A stretch of 64,000 nucleotides of DNA from an uncultured bacterium (GCA_963845185.1 CAWJRG010000010.1:1-64000), one strand, 5' to 3'. Positions 49,001-59,705 are shown, counted from the stretch's first letter. The notes: generated by a model from the letters alone, not told the origin. Made by a program: numbers and translations.

Positions 49001-50869
49001 TTACTTGTTAAAAAGATTTTGTAGTTTTTTTACAGCAGAATTTTTTCCCTGGCTTTCTATTTGTTTATTTATGGCGGATTCAGCGTTGGTAATGTCGTTT
49101 TGTGTACCGTTGACTTTACCGTTATCCGCGCTTAGCTGTTTTTGAATATCGCCCTTGTCCCCGTCAACATCTTTCAAAAGGCCTTTACTTTCGTCTTTAA
49201 TCTGGCTTCCTATTTCCTTGCTTATTTTGTCTTTTGCATCCGAAACTTTTTTGCCGTAAATTCTGTTTAAACTGCTTTTTATTCTGTCCGCAATATCGCT
49301 GTCAAAGCTCATGCTGAGTCCTGTGTTCTTCTGCACAACATGAAACCCGATTTTCATTTTATCAATGCCGCTGACAGCCTGGTACACAACATCGCTTGAA
49401 TCCTGCTTGTCAAATTGCACGCCTGACAATAGAATGTTGCCGTTTATTGATATTATCTTTTCCATATTCTTTATTTCAGCGGATGTATCCATATTTGCGT
49501 TTTTTAACTTGATATTGCCGTAATCCACCTTGTCAAGCCCCGCAGTTGAAGCTGGCATTTTTGTTGTACTCATAGTTATTGTATCGTTAATCTCGTCAAT
49601 ATGGTTTATATCCCCTTTCATTATCATTCCCATGCCGGATTTTTCAGCATAAAGGTTAAAAGTTATCGGTCTCCCGATAACAGCCTGTTCTGTTGTAATA
49701 TCGTCGATTTCACCTTTTACAAGATACTGGCTCGCGTCTGCCTTTTCTGTGGAAATTACTACTTTTTTAATCCAGAAAGTCGGGTATGCGCTGCTAACAA
49801 AAACTATATCCCTGCCGTGTATTCTCTTCTTCTCAATAATTTTTTCTTTTTTGCCCTTTTTCTGGCTTTTGGGGATGTATTTGTTTATAAGGTTCAGTAA
49901 ATCCATTATTTTGGTAATCCTGTCGTACCATATGGGGCCTATCAGTGATTTTTCAATGCTTGATGCGTTTAATATCTTTACGTTAAAATTTCCCAAGACA
50001 TTCTGCACGTCCTTTTCTTTTGCCTTTTCTATATCATTTGACAGTCCTTTAGAATAATCGTAAAAATCCTGCGCATCATTTTTTTCAGTTTCCAGGTCCT
50101 TTTTTAAAGATTCCACCTCTGTCTTCATTTTGCCCAGTTCCTGCAGTTTTGCCTGGGCCGCAGGTATATCGCTTGCGCTGTTGACCTTTACTCCTTTGAT
50201 GTCCCCAATTTCCGACTCTAAATTTTTTGTCGTGGCGTCAATGTTGATATTTTTCATGTCAGAAGACGTTTTATCCTTTTTATCCTTTAATTTCTGTTCT
50301 GAATCCTTTATAAGCTTGTAGGATTCCAGGTTTTCCTTCTTTATGTAACTTTTATAGTCTATATTTTTGAGTTTATCTCCAAGCTCATTGCTTTTTGATA
50401 CAGGCATTTTTTGCACATCGGTTTTGGCCTTATTATCAATAGCGTCTTTCATTTTATCAGTCGGTGCATTTTTGTCCTCCTGCTGTTTTTCAATCTTTTG
50501 AACCTTCCCGGGCGGAAGAAATCCTGATATTTTCCTGTCTGTTCCAATGGCAAGGTTTATTACATTTATATTGTCGAAAATAAATTTTCTTTTTAACATA
50601 GGCGTAAAAATATATTTTATTTCTATTTTTTGAGCCTGCCATAAGTTCTTAAATTCATGGTTTTTATCCGCAACTGTCAGATTTTCAATCAAAATCTGAG
50701 ATTTTAAGACTTGTATATCCACCTTCTCAATCTCTACTTTTGACTTGAACATATTTTCTCCCGCGGCCACAAGCCCCATCTTAACAAGCATATTAAGGAA
50801 GAATACGTTAAATACTATTATTAAAGCAAGTGCTATTGCCGTTGCAGCAACGCCGTGTTTTCTTATCAT
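49001..50869 (-). CDS. TIGR03545-family (AsmA-like) protein
   Basis: N-terminal anchor, VADKNHEFKNL, coiled coil, GRDIVF..PTFWIK; paired with a TIGR03546 gene. Confidence 0.75.
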   Translation of the reverse strand: MIRKHGVAATAIALALIIVFNVFFLNMLVKMGLVAAGENMFKSKVEIEKVDIQVLKSQILIENLTVADKNHEFKNLWQAQKIEIKYIFTPMLKRKFIFDNINVINLAIGTDRKISGFLPPGKVQKIEKQQEDKNAPTDKMKDAIDNKAKTDVQKMPVSKSNELGDKLKNIDYKSYIKKENLESYKLIKDSEQKLKDKKDKTSSDMKNINIDATTKNLESEIGDIKGVKVNSASDIPAAQAKLQELGKMKTEVESLKKDLETEKNDAQDFYDYSKGLSNDIEKAKEKDVQNVLGNFNVKILNASSIEKSLIGPIWYDRITKIMDLLNLINKYIPKSQKKGKKEKIIEKKRIHGRDIVFVSSAYPTFWIKKVVISTEKADASQYLVKGEIDDITTEQAVIGRPITFNLYAEKSGMGMIMKGDINHIDEINDTITMSTTKMPASTAGLDKVDYGNIKLKNANMDTSAEIKNMEKIISINGNILLSGVQFDKQDSSDVVYQAVSGIDKMKIGFHVVQKNTGLSMSFDSDIADRIKSSLNRIYGKKVSDAKDKISKEIGSQIKDESKGLLKDVDGDKGDIQKQLSADNGKVNGTQNDITNAESAINKQIESQGKNSAVKKLQNLFNK

Positions 50870-51369
50870 TATTTTTTACCTCTTTTCTCTATAAATTGCC
50901 CTACTGAAAGTATCTGCATAATTTTCAGTTTTTGGAGTTTCTCCTGCCAGTTTTTCCTGTAAAAAACAATGAAACTTCTTGTTCCCATCCAGGCCAAAGG
51001 CGTAATTATGACCCCGATGAGAAAGTCGCCTATTACAACAGTATTGTTAAATCTTGTATATGGTATTATCGGCAGTGCCGATAGCCACTTCCACAAAGGG
51101 ACTAAAAAATCCGCTGTAAGCACGCCGTATCCCAGCTTGTCGCCGACAGGGTCAATGAGGAATGCCAGCAATTTAAAAAATACTGTTGAAAGCGCAAACA
51201 TCCCAGAGTTTACATTCAAAAGCACAATTAAAAGAAAAACAAAAACAAAATTAAATGGCGCTATCGCGAAAAACCCCGCAAAAATACCAAGCACAACTCC
51301 AAGGCAGATTTCTTCCGGTTTCTTGTTTGAATTTAAGATACTCAAAATGTTTGAAATAATTTGAAACAT
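50869..51369 (-). CDS. TIGR03546-family membrane protein
   Basis: LNSNKKPEEI, DPVGDKLG, TRFNNTVVIG. Confidence 0.8.
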   Translation of the reverse strand: MFQIISNILSILNSNKKPEEICLGVVLGIFAGFFAIAPFNFVFVFLLIVLLNVNSGMFALSTVFFKLLAFLIDPVGDKLGYGVLTADFLVPLWKWLSALPIIPYTRFNNTVVIGDFLIGVIITPLAWMGTRSFIVFYRKNWQEKLQKLKIMQILSVGQFIEKRGKK

Positions 51370-51511
51370 TTTCCATCCTCCTTAAAATAGTATTTCTGCA
51401 TATACCTACTTAAACCTTCGGAATCATTGATTAAAGATCTTCGATAATCTTAAAAATCAGGAATTACAGTGCAATCTCCGGTTTAATAATTATAATTTCC
51501 CGAGGCACTTA

Positions 51512-52378
51512 TTAAATTTTAAATATTTTTTTTATTTCCTTTTTCAGATTTTTTTTCATTTCCTTTTGCATGCTGGCATATCTCAATATTGCAAGCACAT
51601 AGCTGTATTTATTTCCCGTGTCGCATCGCAAACCGTTGAATTCATACGCAAGCAGTCCCTCCTGTTTCATCAATATTTTCAGTGCATCCGTAAGTTGTAT
51701 TTCGCCCCTGGCGCCGGGTTTTGTTTTGCGTATGTATTTAAAAATGTTCGAAGGCAAAATATACCTGCCGACGATTCCCAGGTTGGAAAAAGCTTTTTTT
51801 ATCTGCGGCTTTTCAATCATGTCTTTTACCTCATATAAGTTCTTGCTTATTGGCAGCGGTTTTATTATGCCGTAATCGCTTATTTTTTTCTTTTCAATCC
51901 TTTCAACGGCTATAACCGCTTTTTTGTATGTTTCAGAAATTTTACTCATTTGCCCCATTACCGGTTTTTTTGAAAATATAAGATCGTCAGGCAGAAAAAC
52001 CGCAAACCCCTCATTGCCCACAAAATCTTCTGCATAAAGTATGGCATCGCCGAGTCCCCTTGCTTCCTTTTGCCTTACAGAGTATATTTTAAAATTTTCA
52101 GGCACTCTTTTTAGCTGCGCCAGCAAATCTGTTTTTTTGTTTTTTCTTAAATAGTATTCAAGATAAAAATTTTTGTCAAAATAATCCTCAATACTGTATT
52201 TTTCCTTTGATGTAATGAATAATATACTTCTTATTCCCGAATTAAGAGCTTCCTCAACTATAAATTGTATGGCAGGCAGATCTATAATAGGGAGCATTTC
52301 TTTTGGTATTGCCTTTGTGTATGGCAGAAATCTTGTACCCAACCCTGCAACCGGTATAATTGCTTTGCGTATTTTCAT
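51512..52378 (-). CDS. galU: UTP--glucose-1-phosphate uridylyltransferase
   Basis: KAIIPVAGLGTRFLPYTKAIPKEMLP, EKP, GEIQLTDAL. Confidence 0.95.
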   Translation of the reverse strand: MKIRKAIIPVAGLGTRFLPYTKAIPKEMLPIIDLPAIQFIVEEALNSGIRSILFITSKEKYSIEDYFDKNFYLEYYLRKNKKTDLLAQLKRVPENFKIYSVRQKEARGLGDAILYAEDFVGNEGFAVFLPDDLIFSKKPVMGQMSKISETYKKAVIAVERIEKKKISDYGIIKPLPISKNLYEVKDMIEKPQIKKAFSNLGIVGRYILPSNIFKYIRKTKPGARGEIQLTDALKILMKQEGLLAYEFNGLRCDTGNKYSYVLAILRYASMQKEMKKNLKKEIKKIFKI

Positions 52379-54132
52379 TATTCTTTTTCCTCCTTATCCC
52401 TGTTCAGCAATAATTCATTAACCCTGCTGGCTATAAAAGCTCTTATTTCTGACGGCTTGTTCATTTTCATCGCCTTTTCAGCTAACTCTATGGAGTCCTG
52501 AAATTTTATGCTTCTTATGATTCTCTTTATCGTCAAAGTTGTTGCTGCATTTGTGGATAATTCATCAATACCCATGCCCATTAAAAGCACGGCAATATAG
52601 GGCTCTCCTGCCATTTCGCCACATACAGATACCGGTATTTTATTTTTGTGACCGTTATCTATTGTCATTTTTATTAACTTCAGCACAGCCGGGTTAAGCC
52701 CATCGTAAAGATTTGCCACTGAATTGTTTCCACGGTCAACAGCCATTGTGTATTGTATCAGGTCATTTGTGCCCAGGCTGAAAAAATCAACCTTTTTAGC
52801 AAGCTCCTCGCTCATCAACGCGGCTGCCGGCACTTCTATCATTATACCTGTACTTATATTATTATCAAAAGGTATTCTTTTATGCTTCAATTCTTCCTTT
52901 ACTTCCTCAATAATTTTTTTTGCTTCATCTATTTCATTCATTACCGAAACCATTGGAAACATTATTTTTATCACGCCAAAAGCAGATGCGCGTAATATCG
53001 CCCTGAGCTGCAGCTTGAAAATATTAACATTTGAAAGTGACAGCCTTATTGACCTCATACCTAAAAACGGGTTTTGCTCAGGAGGTAGTTTAAAATACGG
53101 CAAAAATTTATCCCCGCCTATATCAAGAGTCCTTATTGTTACAGGTTTTGGGTTCATTTTTTCAACAACAATTTTATATAAATTAAACTGTTCGTCTTCG
53201 CTTGGAAGGTTCATCCTGTTCATATATATAAATTCCGTTCTAAACAATCCTATACCATCGGTATTATTTTCTTTTGCGACACCGACTTCTTCGGAAAAAT
53301 CTATATTTGCGCTTAAAATAACCGAATGCTTATCGACAGTAATCGTTTCTAATTTTTTCAGCCTTTTTAATGTCTTTATTTTTACAAGTTGTTTTTTCTG
53401 TTCATCTCGGTATGTGGCGAGCGCTTTTTGATTTGGATTTACAATGACTATCCCTTTTCCCCCGTCGACTATAAGCAAATCTCCCGTTTTAACGTTATGT
53501 GTTATATCCCTTATGCCGACAACTGCCGGTATTTCTAGCGATCTTGCAACTATTGCAGTGTGCGATGTAGCTCCGCCAAGCTCAGTAATAAAACCAAGTA
53601 TTTTATTTTTATCCATTTCAGCTGTATCTGCAGGCGATAAATCCAGGGCTACTACTATGTATTTATCATCAGGGGTTTCTTGCGCTTCGGGAATCTTTTC
53701 CGATAGGTTATTTACTACTTTTTCAACCAGTCCGGCTATGTCCCTGCTTCTTTCCTTCAGGTAACTGTCGGAAATTCTGTTAAAAAATTCCGAGTAATCT
53801 TTCAGTACCAGCGTAAGCGCATATTCCGCATTTACCATTTGGCTTTCTATTATTTCTTCCGTTTTGCCGGCAAACATCGGATCTTCCAGGAGCAGAAGAT
53901 AGGCGTTAAAAATATCCGCCTCGCTGTTGCCGATGTCGTATATTATTTTTTCTTTTATCGATAATATCTCCATTTTTGTCTTTTCAACCGCTTTTTTAAG
54001 TCTGTCTATTTCTTCTTCTACTTTAGTGGCAGGTATCTGTTCCTTTTGTATGTTTGCCATCCTTTTATTTATAACATACGCAGGGCCTATTACAATACCT
54101 TGCGAAGCTGCTGTGCCTTTGAACATTTTCAA
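52378..54132 (-). CDS. ptsI: PTS enzyme I
   Basis: GGATSHTAI, GLFRTEF, RTLDIGGDK, GTNDL, CGEMA. Confidence 0.97.
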   Translation of the reverse strand: MKMFKGTAASQGIVIGPAYVINKRMANIQKEQIPATKVEEEIDRLKKAVEKTKMEILSIKEKIIYDIGNSEADIFNAYLLLLEDPMFAGKTEEIIESQMVNAEYALTLVLKDYSEFFNRISDSYLKERSRDIAGLVEKVVNNLSEKIPEAQETPDDKYIVVALDLSPADTAEMDKNKILGFITELGGATSHTAIVARSLEIPAVVGIRDITHNVKTGDLLIVDGGKGIVIVNPNQKALATYRDEQKKQLVKIKTLKRLKKLETITVDKHSVILSANIDFSEEVGVAKENNTDGIGLFRTEFIYMNRMNLPSEDEQFNLYKIVVEKMNPKPVTIRTLDIGGDKFLPYFKLPPEQNPFLGMRSIRLSLSNVNIFKLQLRAILRASAFGVIKIMFPMVSVMNEIDEAKKIIEEVKEELKHKRIPFDNNISTGIMIEVPAAALMSEELAKKVDFFSLGTNDLIQYTMAVDRGNNSVANLYDGLNPAVLKLIKMTIDNGHKNKIPVSVCGEMAGEPYIAVLLMGMGIDELSTNAATTLTIKRIIRSIKFQDSIELAEKAMKMNKPSEIRAFIASRVNELLLNRDKEEKE

Positions 54133-54398
54133 TCCTCCCCGAATTTATTTTCGACCAATTTCACAAGCTTTGCCATTGCTTCTTTGGAGTCCGGCCCGGT
54201 TGTTGTTATTTCAATTTCCTTTCCGGCCTCAGCCCCTAGTCCCAGTACACTCATGATGCTTTTACCGTCAACTTCGACATCATTGCATTTTACTTTAACA
54301 TCGCTTGTGAATTTCTCCGCCTCTATTACAAACATAGATACAGCCCTCACGTGAAAACCCACTTTGTTTGATATTTTTACTTTTCTCTTGTATTCCAT
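54129..54398 (-). CDS. ptsH: HPr phosphocarrier
   Basis: GFHVR (His15) and DGKSIMSV (Ser46). Confidence 0.93.
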   Translation of the reverse strand: MEYKRKVKISNKVGFHVRAVSMFVIEAEKFTSDVKVKCNDVEVDGKSIMSVLGLGAEAGKEIEITTTGPDSKEAMAKLVKLVENKFGED

Positions 54399-54406
54399 AT
54401 TCTCTC

Positions 54407-55189
54407 CTACATTATTCTGACATAAACTATTATAACTGACAGTACGATGACGGAAATAAATACATGGGTAATAACCGTCTTTCTCCTTAAAGCTTCTGTA
54501 GAAAGTATAAACGCTATTACAAGAGGCAGCGCGTCCAAAAACTTGTTTGTCAACAGGTTGTCCTGTTTAACGCAAAAAAAACCTCCCATTATCCCGCCAA
54601 GCATGCACATTCCGATAAGCTTTACGCTTTTCATTATTTCCTGAAATTGTATTTTTTGTATACGTACAAATAAATCTCCATGGTTATAGTATGCCTTAAA
54701 AAGCAAATAATATTTTATCAGCATTCTTGGCAGGTTATATATTGCAAGGGAAACAATTACGCTGCCTATCAGCGACTTCAGGCTGTAGTTTGTAAGGAAA
54801 ATAACGCCTGCGCCCATCAATAAAGCAAAAGGTTTTAATCCGTACCAGAAAAGCGAATCACCTATTGCGGCAAGTGGCCCCATAATTCCCATTTTTGTAT
54901 TTTCTATTTCTTCGTTTTTCTTTTCGTCATCGTCACTTATGTCTCTCTCGAGTTTTGCTATTACGCCCACTGCGGCGGAAGAAAAAAATATATGCGTGTT
55001 AAAAAAACCTATGTGCCTGTTTATCGCGCCAAGCAGTCCGTATTTATTTTTATGGTATATGCGCTTAAGCAGGTTATATATGGCGAATAAGAAGCCTATA
55101 TTTTGAAGCCTTTCAAAGTTCCATGCGGTATGAAGAAAATTAAGCTTGAATCCGCTCCATAAAAGCGAAAATATGTTTATTTTCTTCAT
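54407..55189 (-). CDS. PTS mannose/fructose/sorbose family EIID
   Basis: WNFERLQNIGF, FFNTH, MGPLAAIGDSLFW. Confidence 0.92.
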   Translation of the reverse strand: MKKINIFSLLWSGFKLNFLHTAWNFERLQNIGFLFAIYNLLKRIYHKNKYGLLGAINRHIGFFNTHIFFSSAAVGVIAKLERDISDDDEKKNEEIENTKMGIMGPLAAIGDSLFWYGLKPFALLMGAGVIFLTNYSLKSLIGSVIVSLAIYNLPRMLIKYYLLFKAYYNHGDLFVRIQKIQFQEIMKSVKLIGMCMLGGIMGGFFCVKQDNLLTNKFLDALPLVIAFILSTEALRRKTVITHVFISVIVLSVIIVYVRIM

Positions 55190-55971
55190 AAGGAAGCCTC
55201 ATTTTTCTCCCAGACCGAATTATAAACCATGAAAACCCCTGCTGCAAAAAGAGCCAGCAGAAAAAAAACGATATTCACTTTGTAAAAAGAAAAAACTATG
55301 TATGAGACAAACAATGTTATCCCGTGAATGACGGCGCCTTGTTTTGTCCGGAACATATCAAAAATAACCGCAAACCCCAAAACAGGCATTATCCACCATG
55401 ATATTTTAAGCGCTTCGGTAATCTCACCAGGCAGGGTTTTGTATACCCTCAGTATCAGCGGCACAGCCGATGTTAAAATAAAAAAATAAAGTAAAAAATC
55501 CCTTGCAAGTTTGGCTGTTACGGCGAAAAAATTCACTACAAGAATATAAATACCATTTCCTTCCCTGATTTTACTTTCAAACCGGTGAAGAATGCTGATA
55601 TTTAACTTCCTGTTCCATATATCCATTTGCCCAACAAAAAAACCTATTGCCACGCCTCCAATAAGGCAAAACATCATCAATGAACTTGGTACAATGAGGT
55701 TAGGCGCTGTGCTTCTAATTATAATTATCAAAGCAGTGGTTATAAACGCTATGGCAGAGGACGACGGCGGCACATATGCGCCGAAAGGAGGGGTGTTTGC
55801 CCATATTAGCTGTATCAGGCACCCTATCATGATGCCCATCTGCATGTCTCCCAGCAGGTATCCCGAAACCGCGCCGGTAATTATCGGTTGTGCAATTAAA
55901 AACATGCCTATAGAAAAATTGTCGAGTTCAAAAAGCGCTCCTATCAATGCCGCCAGAGCTAATTTTCCCAT
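55186..55971 (-). CDS. PTS mannose family EIIC (divergent)
   Basis: QPIITGAVSGYLLGD, PFGAYVPP; between EIIB and EIID. Confidence 0.82.
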   Translation of the reverse strand: MGKLALAALIGALFELDNFSIGMFLIAQPIITGAVSGYLLGDMQMGIMIGCLIQLIWANTPPFGAYVPPSSSAIAFITTALIIIIRSTAPNLIVPSSLMMFCLIGGVAIGFFVGQMDIWNRKLNISILHRFESKIREGNGIYILVVNFFAVTAKLARDFLLYFFILTSAVPLILRVYKTLPGEITEALKISWWIMPVLGFAVIFDMFRTKQGAVIHGITLFVSYIVFSFYKVNIVFFLLALFAAGVFMVYNSVWEKNEASL

Positions 55972-55974
55972 TTC

Positions 55975-56478
55975 TTATTTTCCTTTTCCTTTATGATGTA
56001 TTTCTTCTATAGCCTTAAATATGTCTTTTTTCGCCTCGGTTGGTACCATCCTGACCTCAAGTCCTACGCCCATTTTCTTTAATTCGTTAAATGCGGCTAT
56101 ATCTTGCTCATCCACAAAAATAGCGTCAAAAAGCTGGACCTTGCTGGGTGAAAAATGCATTCCTCCTATATTGATTTCGGAGAGTTTTCCGCCCGCCTGG
56201 ACTAATTTTACGGCATCCTCAGGCGAGTTCAGCAGGATTATCGTTTCCATTTCGTCAAATTCCCTTTTTTTTATTTTCCCGGCTGCTTCCATAACAGTTA
56301 AAATGGAGAGTTTTATATCAGGAGGTGTTGCCATCCTGAATAAAAATTTTTGCATATCATTGTTAACGGCCTCGTCGTTGACAACCGCAATATGGTTTGC
56401 CTTTAGCGTCTGGACCCACCCGACTACAACCTGGCCGTGAATCAGCCTGTCATCTATCCTGGTAAGCAAAATAGGCAT
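55975..56478 (-). CDS. PTS mannose family EIIB
   Basis: RIDDRLIHGQV, INIGGM. Confidence 0.95.
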   Translation of the reverse strand: MPILLTRIDDRLIHGQVVVGWVQTLKANHIAVVNDEAVNNDMQKFLFRMATPPDIKLSILTVMEAAGKIKKREFDEMETIILLNSPEDAVKLVQAGGKLSEINIGGMHFSPSKVQLFDAIFVDEQDIAAFNELKKMGVGLEVRMVPTEAKKDIFKAIEEIHHKGKGK

Positions 56479-56481
56479 TTT

Positions 56482-56886
56482 TCAAACCTTCTTATTAAAC
56501 AAACTTTTTGCATCCACAATTGTTTTGTCACGCTTTTCCATAAGCATCTTAACAAGTTCGTCGATGTTTTTCGATGCGTGCATCACAGCTTCTATAACAA
56601 GGGGTAAATTAAACCCCGTGATAATCCTGACTTTTTCGTCTTTACCGAACAATAGCAATGCGGCGTTTGACGGCGTGCCGCCGAACATATCGGCCATTAT
56701 TAGGACGCCGTCGCCTTTGTTTGTTTCTTCGACAAGCTTTCTTAATCTGGCTGTAAAATCTTCCATTTTATCCTGCCCGGACAAAGACAGATAGGTCAGA
56801 TTTTCTCTTTCCCCTATAATAATTGAAACAGTTTCTTTTAAAGCCTGCGCTATATTAAAATGCCCTATTAAAATTATGCCTACCAT
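56482..56886 (-). CDS. PTS mannose family EIIA
   Basis: ILIGH, DMFGGTPSN, GFNLP. Confidence 0.93.
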   Translation of the reverse strand: MVGIILIGHFNIAQALKETVSIIIGERENLTYLSLSGQDKMEDFTARLRKLVEETNKGDGVLIMADMFGGTPSNAALLLFGKDEKVRIITGFNLPLVIEAVMHASKNIDELVKMLMEKRDKTIVDAKSLFNKKV

Positions 56887-56940
56887 ATGTAAATCTCCGT
56901 GAGAACATGCGCAAAAACCGTGTAATTGCGCGTAAGGATG

Positions 56941-58212
56941 TCAGATAATAACTATTTTCATAACCATTTTTGCGAGTATTTTGGGGTCATGCCTTATAAA
57001 ATCCCCTTCTGAGAATAGCTTGCCTGCGATCAGCGAAACGCCGAGCTTGTTGATTTCTTCCTTGTCGATTTTTACAAGGTAAGCCTTTTCTTTTGCGTAT
57101 CTTTTTAACAATTCTTCCTTTGGTACTCCGTTATTTGCTATACAATAGTCGATTATTTTCCCCCCGGTATGCTTGAATATCGCCTTTATATGGTCCGAAA
57201 CCCTGTAGTTATCCGTCTCGCCGTTCTGGGTCATTATATTGCTTATATAAATTTTTAATGTTTTGGTATTCATAAGTGCTTCTTTGATGCCCGGTACAAG
57301 CAGGTTTGGTATTACGCTCGTATACAGGCTGCCCGGCCCTATTACTACTATATCCGCGTGTTTTATGGCGTCTATTGCCGGCTGGTATGGTTTACAATTG
57401 CTGGGCTCAATATAAACCCTGTCAATAATGCCGCCGGCCTTTGTTATTTTGGATTCTCCCTTGACCATCTTCCCGTTTGTTAACTTTGCTTTTAATGTTA
57501 CGTTGTCCAGCGATACTGGCAGCACCTCCCCGAATATCGCCAGTACTTTTGAAGATTCCTTTACCGCGCGTGAAAAATCGCCGACTACATTTGATAATGC
57601 CGTAATAAAAATATTGCCGAAGTTATGTCCCGCCAGGTCTTTGCCCTTCTGAAACCTGTATTGAAAAAGTTTACCAAGCAGGGTTTCCTCGTCAGACAGG
57701 GCAACAATGCAGTTTCTTATATCGCCTGGCGGCAATACCTGGTAATCCTTGCGCAGGCGCCCTGAGGAACCGCCGTCGTCGGCCACGGTAACAATTGCCG
57801 ATAAGTTGCTGGTGTATTCCTTCATGCCCTTTAAAACATTCGGCATTCCGGTTCCGCCGCCGATTGCCGCAATCCGCGGGCCCCTTTTCATTTTTGCCCT
57901 TTTATGTGCTATATTTATGAATTCTTCTTCCTTGTTCGGCATTACAACCGTCAGGATTGAATAATAAATTCTCCTTATCGCGAGTATTATTCCGGCAAAT
58001 CCCAGCAGCATAAACGCAATATCCGCGAACTTAAGCCGTTGAAGCCTTAATATATACTTGTCTATATTTATTGCCTCTATCCTGACATTCTTGAATATAT
58101 TGCCTAGCAGGCCGCTTAAGCCCGCTATCAGCACAAGCACGCTTAAAACAAAAAGGAAGATCCACCTTTTTATCCTTATCCCCGGATAGAGCCATTTATT
58201 GATTTGGAACAT
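56941..58212 (-). CDS. yvcK: YvcK/GlmR gluconeogenesis factor with N-terminal TM segments
   Basis: IGGGTG, VTVADDGGSSGRLR, PPGDIRNC, GPGSLYTS. Confidence 0.92.
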   Translation of the reverse strand: MFQINKWLYPGIRIKRWIFLFVLSVLVLIAGLSGLLGNIFKNVRIEAINIDKYILRLQRLKFADIAFMLLGFAGIILAIRRIYYSILTVVMPNKEEEFINIAHKRAKMKRGPRIAAIGGGTGMPNVLKGMKEYTSNLSAIVTVADDGGSSGRLRKDYQVLPPGDIRNCIVALSDEETLLGKLFQYRFQKGKDLAGHNFGNIFITALSNVVGDFSRAVKESSKVLAIFGEVLPVSLDNVTLKAKLTNGKMVKGESKITKAGGIIDRVYIEPSNCKPYQPAIDAIKHADIVVIGPGSLYTSVIPNLLVPGIKEALMNTKTLKIYISNIMTQNGETDNYRVSDHIKAIFKHTGGKIIDYCIANNGVPKEELLKRYAKEKAYLVKIDKEEINKLGVSLIAGKLFSEGDFIRHDPKILAKMVMKIVII

Positions 58213-59152
58213 CTTCTTTATCCTTTTTCATCCATTTTATTATTCTTTTATTTAATTCTTTTGCCGTGTTATATCCGCCTGACTTCAGCCGCTGGTTCAT
58301 TGCTGCCACCTCTATTATTACGCTCAGGTTGCGGCCAGGCATTACCGGCAGTAATATTTTTGGTATTTCAATTCCGAGTATGTTCTCATATAAATCATTT
58401 AACCCCAGCCTTTCATAATCCTTGTTCCTGTCCCATTCTTCAAGCCGCAGCACAAGCTCAACCTGTTGTGTTTCCCTTATGGCGCCGACCCCGAATAAAT
58501 TTTTTATGTCTATTATCCCTATGCCTCTTATTTCCATGTGGTGCTGTACAATATTTACGCCTTTTCCTTCGAGCTGCTCATCGCTCGATCGCGTCACTTC
58601 CACCAGGTCATCGGCAACAAGCCTGTGTCCCCTTTTGATAAGTTCAAGCGCTATTTCGCTTTTGCCTATGCCGCTTTTTCCCATTATTAAAACGCCTATC
58701 CCGTAAACGTCCACAAAAGTTCCGTGAAGCACGGACTGCGGCGCAAGTTTTTTTTCAAGGTATATCATCGCCTGGCTTATAAGTTTGGTTGTAAAAATCG
58801 AGGAGGAAAATACCGGGGTTTTATATTTTGTTGCCATCTTCAGGAAATTCTGTGGCGGCTTCAGGTCCCTCAATATCAGCGCGCAGCAGATATTTTTTTT
58901 AAAAATCTCTTCCATTACTTTATTTGCCTTTTCAGGACCGACTTTTTTTATGAAGGTAAACTCGGTCTTGCCGAATACCTGTATCCTTTCAAATGGAAAA
59001 TAGTCGAAAAATCCCGCAAGCGCGAGCCCGGGTCTGTTAATGTCGGAAACTATTATTTTTTTTCCCTGCAGGTAATTTTCGCCGGCAAGAATCTTTAAAT
59101 GGACCTTTTTCTTGTTGTCATTATAAAACTCTTTGACGGAAATATCTTTCAT
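58196..59152 (-). CDS. hprK: HPr kinase/phosphorylase
   Basis: RPGLALAG, GKSGIGKSE, LVADD, MEIRGIGII, PGRN. Confidence 0.96.
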   Translation of the reverse strand: MKDISVKEFYNDNKKKVHLKILAGENYLQGKKIIVSDINRPGLALAGFFDYFPFERIQVFGKTEFTFIKKVGPEKANKVMEEIFKKNICCALILRDLKPPQNFLKMATKYKTPVFSSSIFTTKLISQAMIYLEKKLAPQSVLHGTFVDVYGIGVLIMGKSGIGKSEIALELIKRGHRLVADDLVEVTRSSDEQLEGKGVNIVQHHMEIRGIGIIDIKNLFGVGAIRETQQVELVLRLEEWDRNKDYERLGLNDLYENILGIEIPKILLPVMPGRNLSVIIEVAAMNQRLKSGGYNTAKELNKRIIKWMKKDKEDVPNQ

Positions 59153-59237
59153 TAAATAGCCATGCCTCCAGTCCGGAATACAAGCGGCCCCGCATCAGTA
59201 AAATTTGCAGGGCAATGATCGTGCAACAAGGGCATTG

Positions 59238-59705
59238 TCATTGTTTCGTTTTTTCTTCTTCTTCTATTATCTGGTTTATATCTTCCTTGGACTGTGCGCT
59301 CATTATTTTTTTTCTGTAATATTTGTTTTTAAGGAAATTTGAGACTCTGGCAAGGGCCTTTAGCATCACACCGGCCGCCCCTTCCGGCGCCAGCAGCATA
59401 AAAAATATGAATACGGGTTCTCCGTCAAGCGCTTCAAAGTCAACCCCGTTCTTTGAGACTCCAAATGCGCCTGTTAAATCCTTAACGCCTTTTGTCTTGC
59501 TGTGCGGTATGGCTATCCCCTGCCCCACACCAGTGCTTCCGAGCTCTTCCCTTTCCATTAGTGAATCAATTGTAACAGTTTTGTCAAGAATTGCTCCTTT
59601 TTTATCAAGCATGTCGACCATTTCCTTTATTATATCCTCTTTTGTTTTTGATTTTATATTCAGTTCTATGCAGTCCTTGTCGAGAAAATCCAGAATTCTC
59701 ATCAT
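59238..59705 (-). CDS. ptsN: PTS EIIA (Ntr/fructose type)
   Basis: REELGSTGVGQGIAIPH, DFEALDGEPV; follows hpf. Confidence 0.88.
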   Translation of the reverse strand: MMRILDFLDKDCIELNIKSKTKEDIIKEMVDMLDKKGAILDKTVTIDSLMEREELGSTGVGQGIAIPHSKTKGVKDLTGAFGVSKNGVDFEALDGEPVFIFFMLLAPEGAAGVMLKALARVSNFLKNKYYRKKIMSAQSKEDINQIIEEEEKTKQ

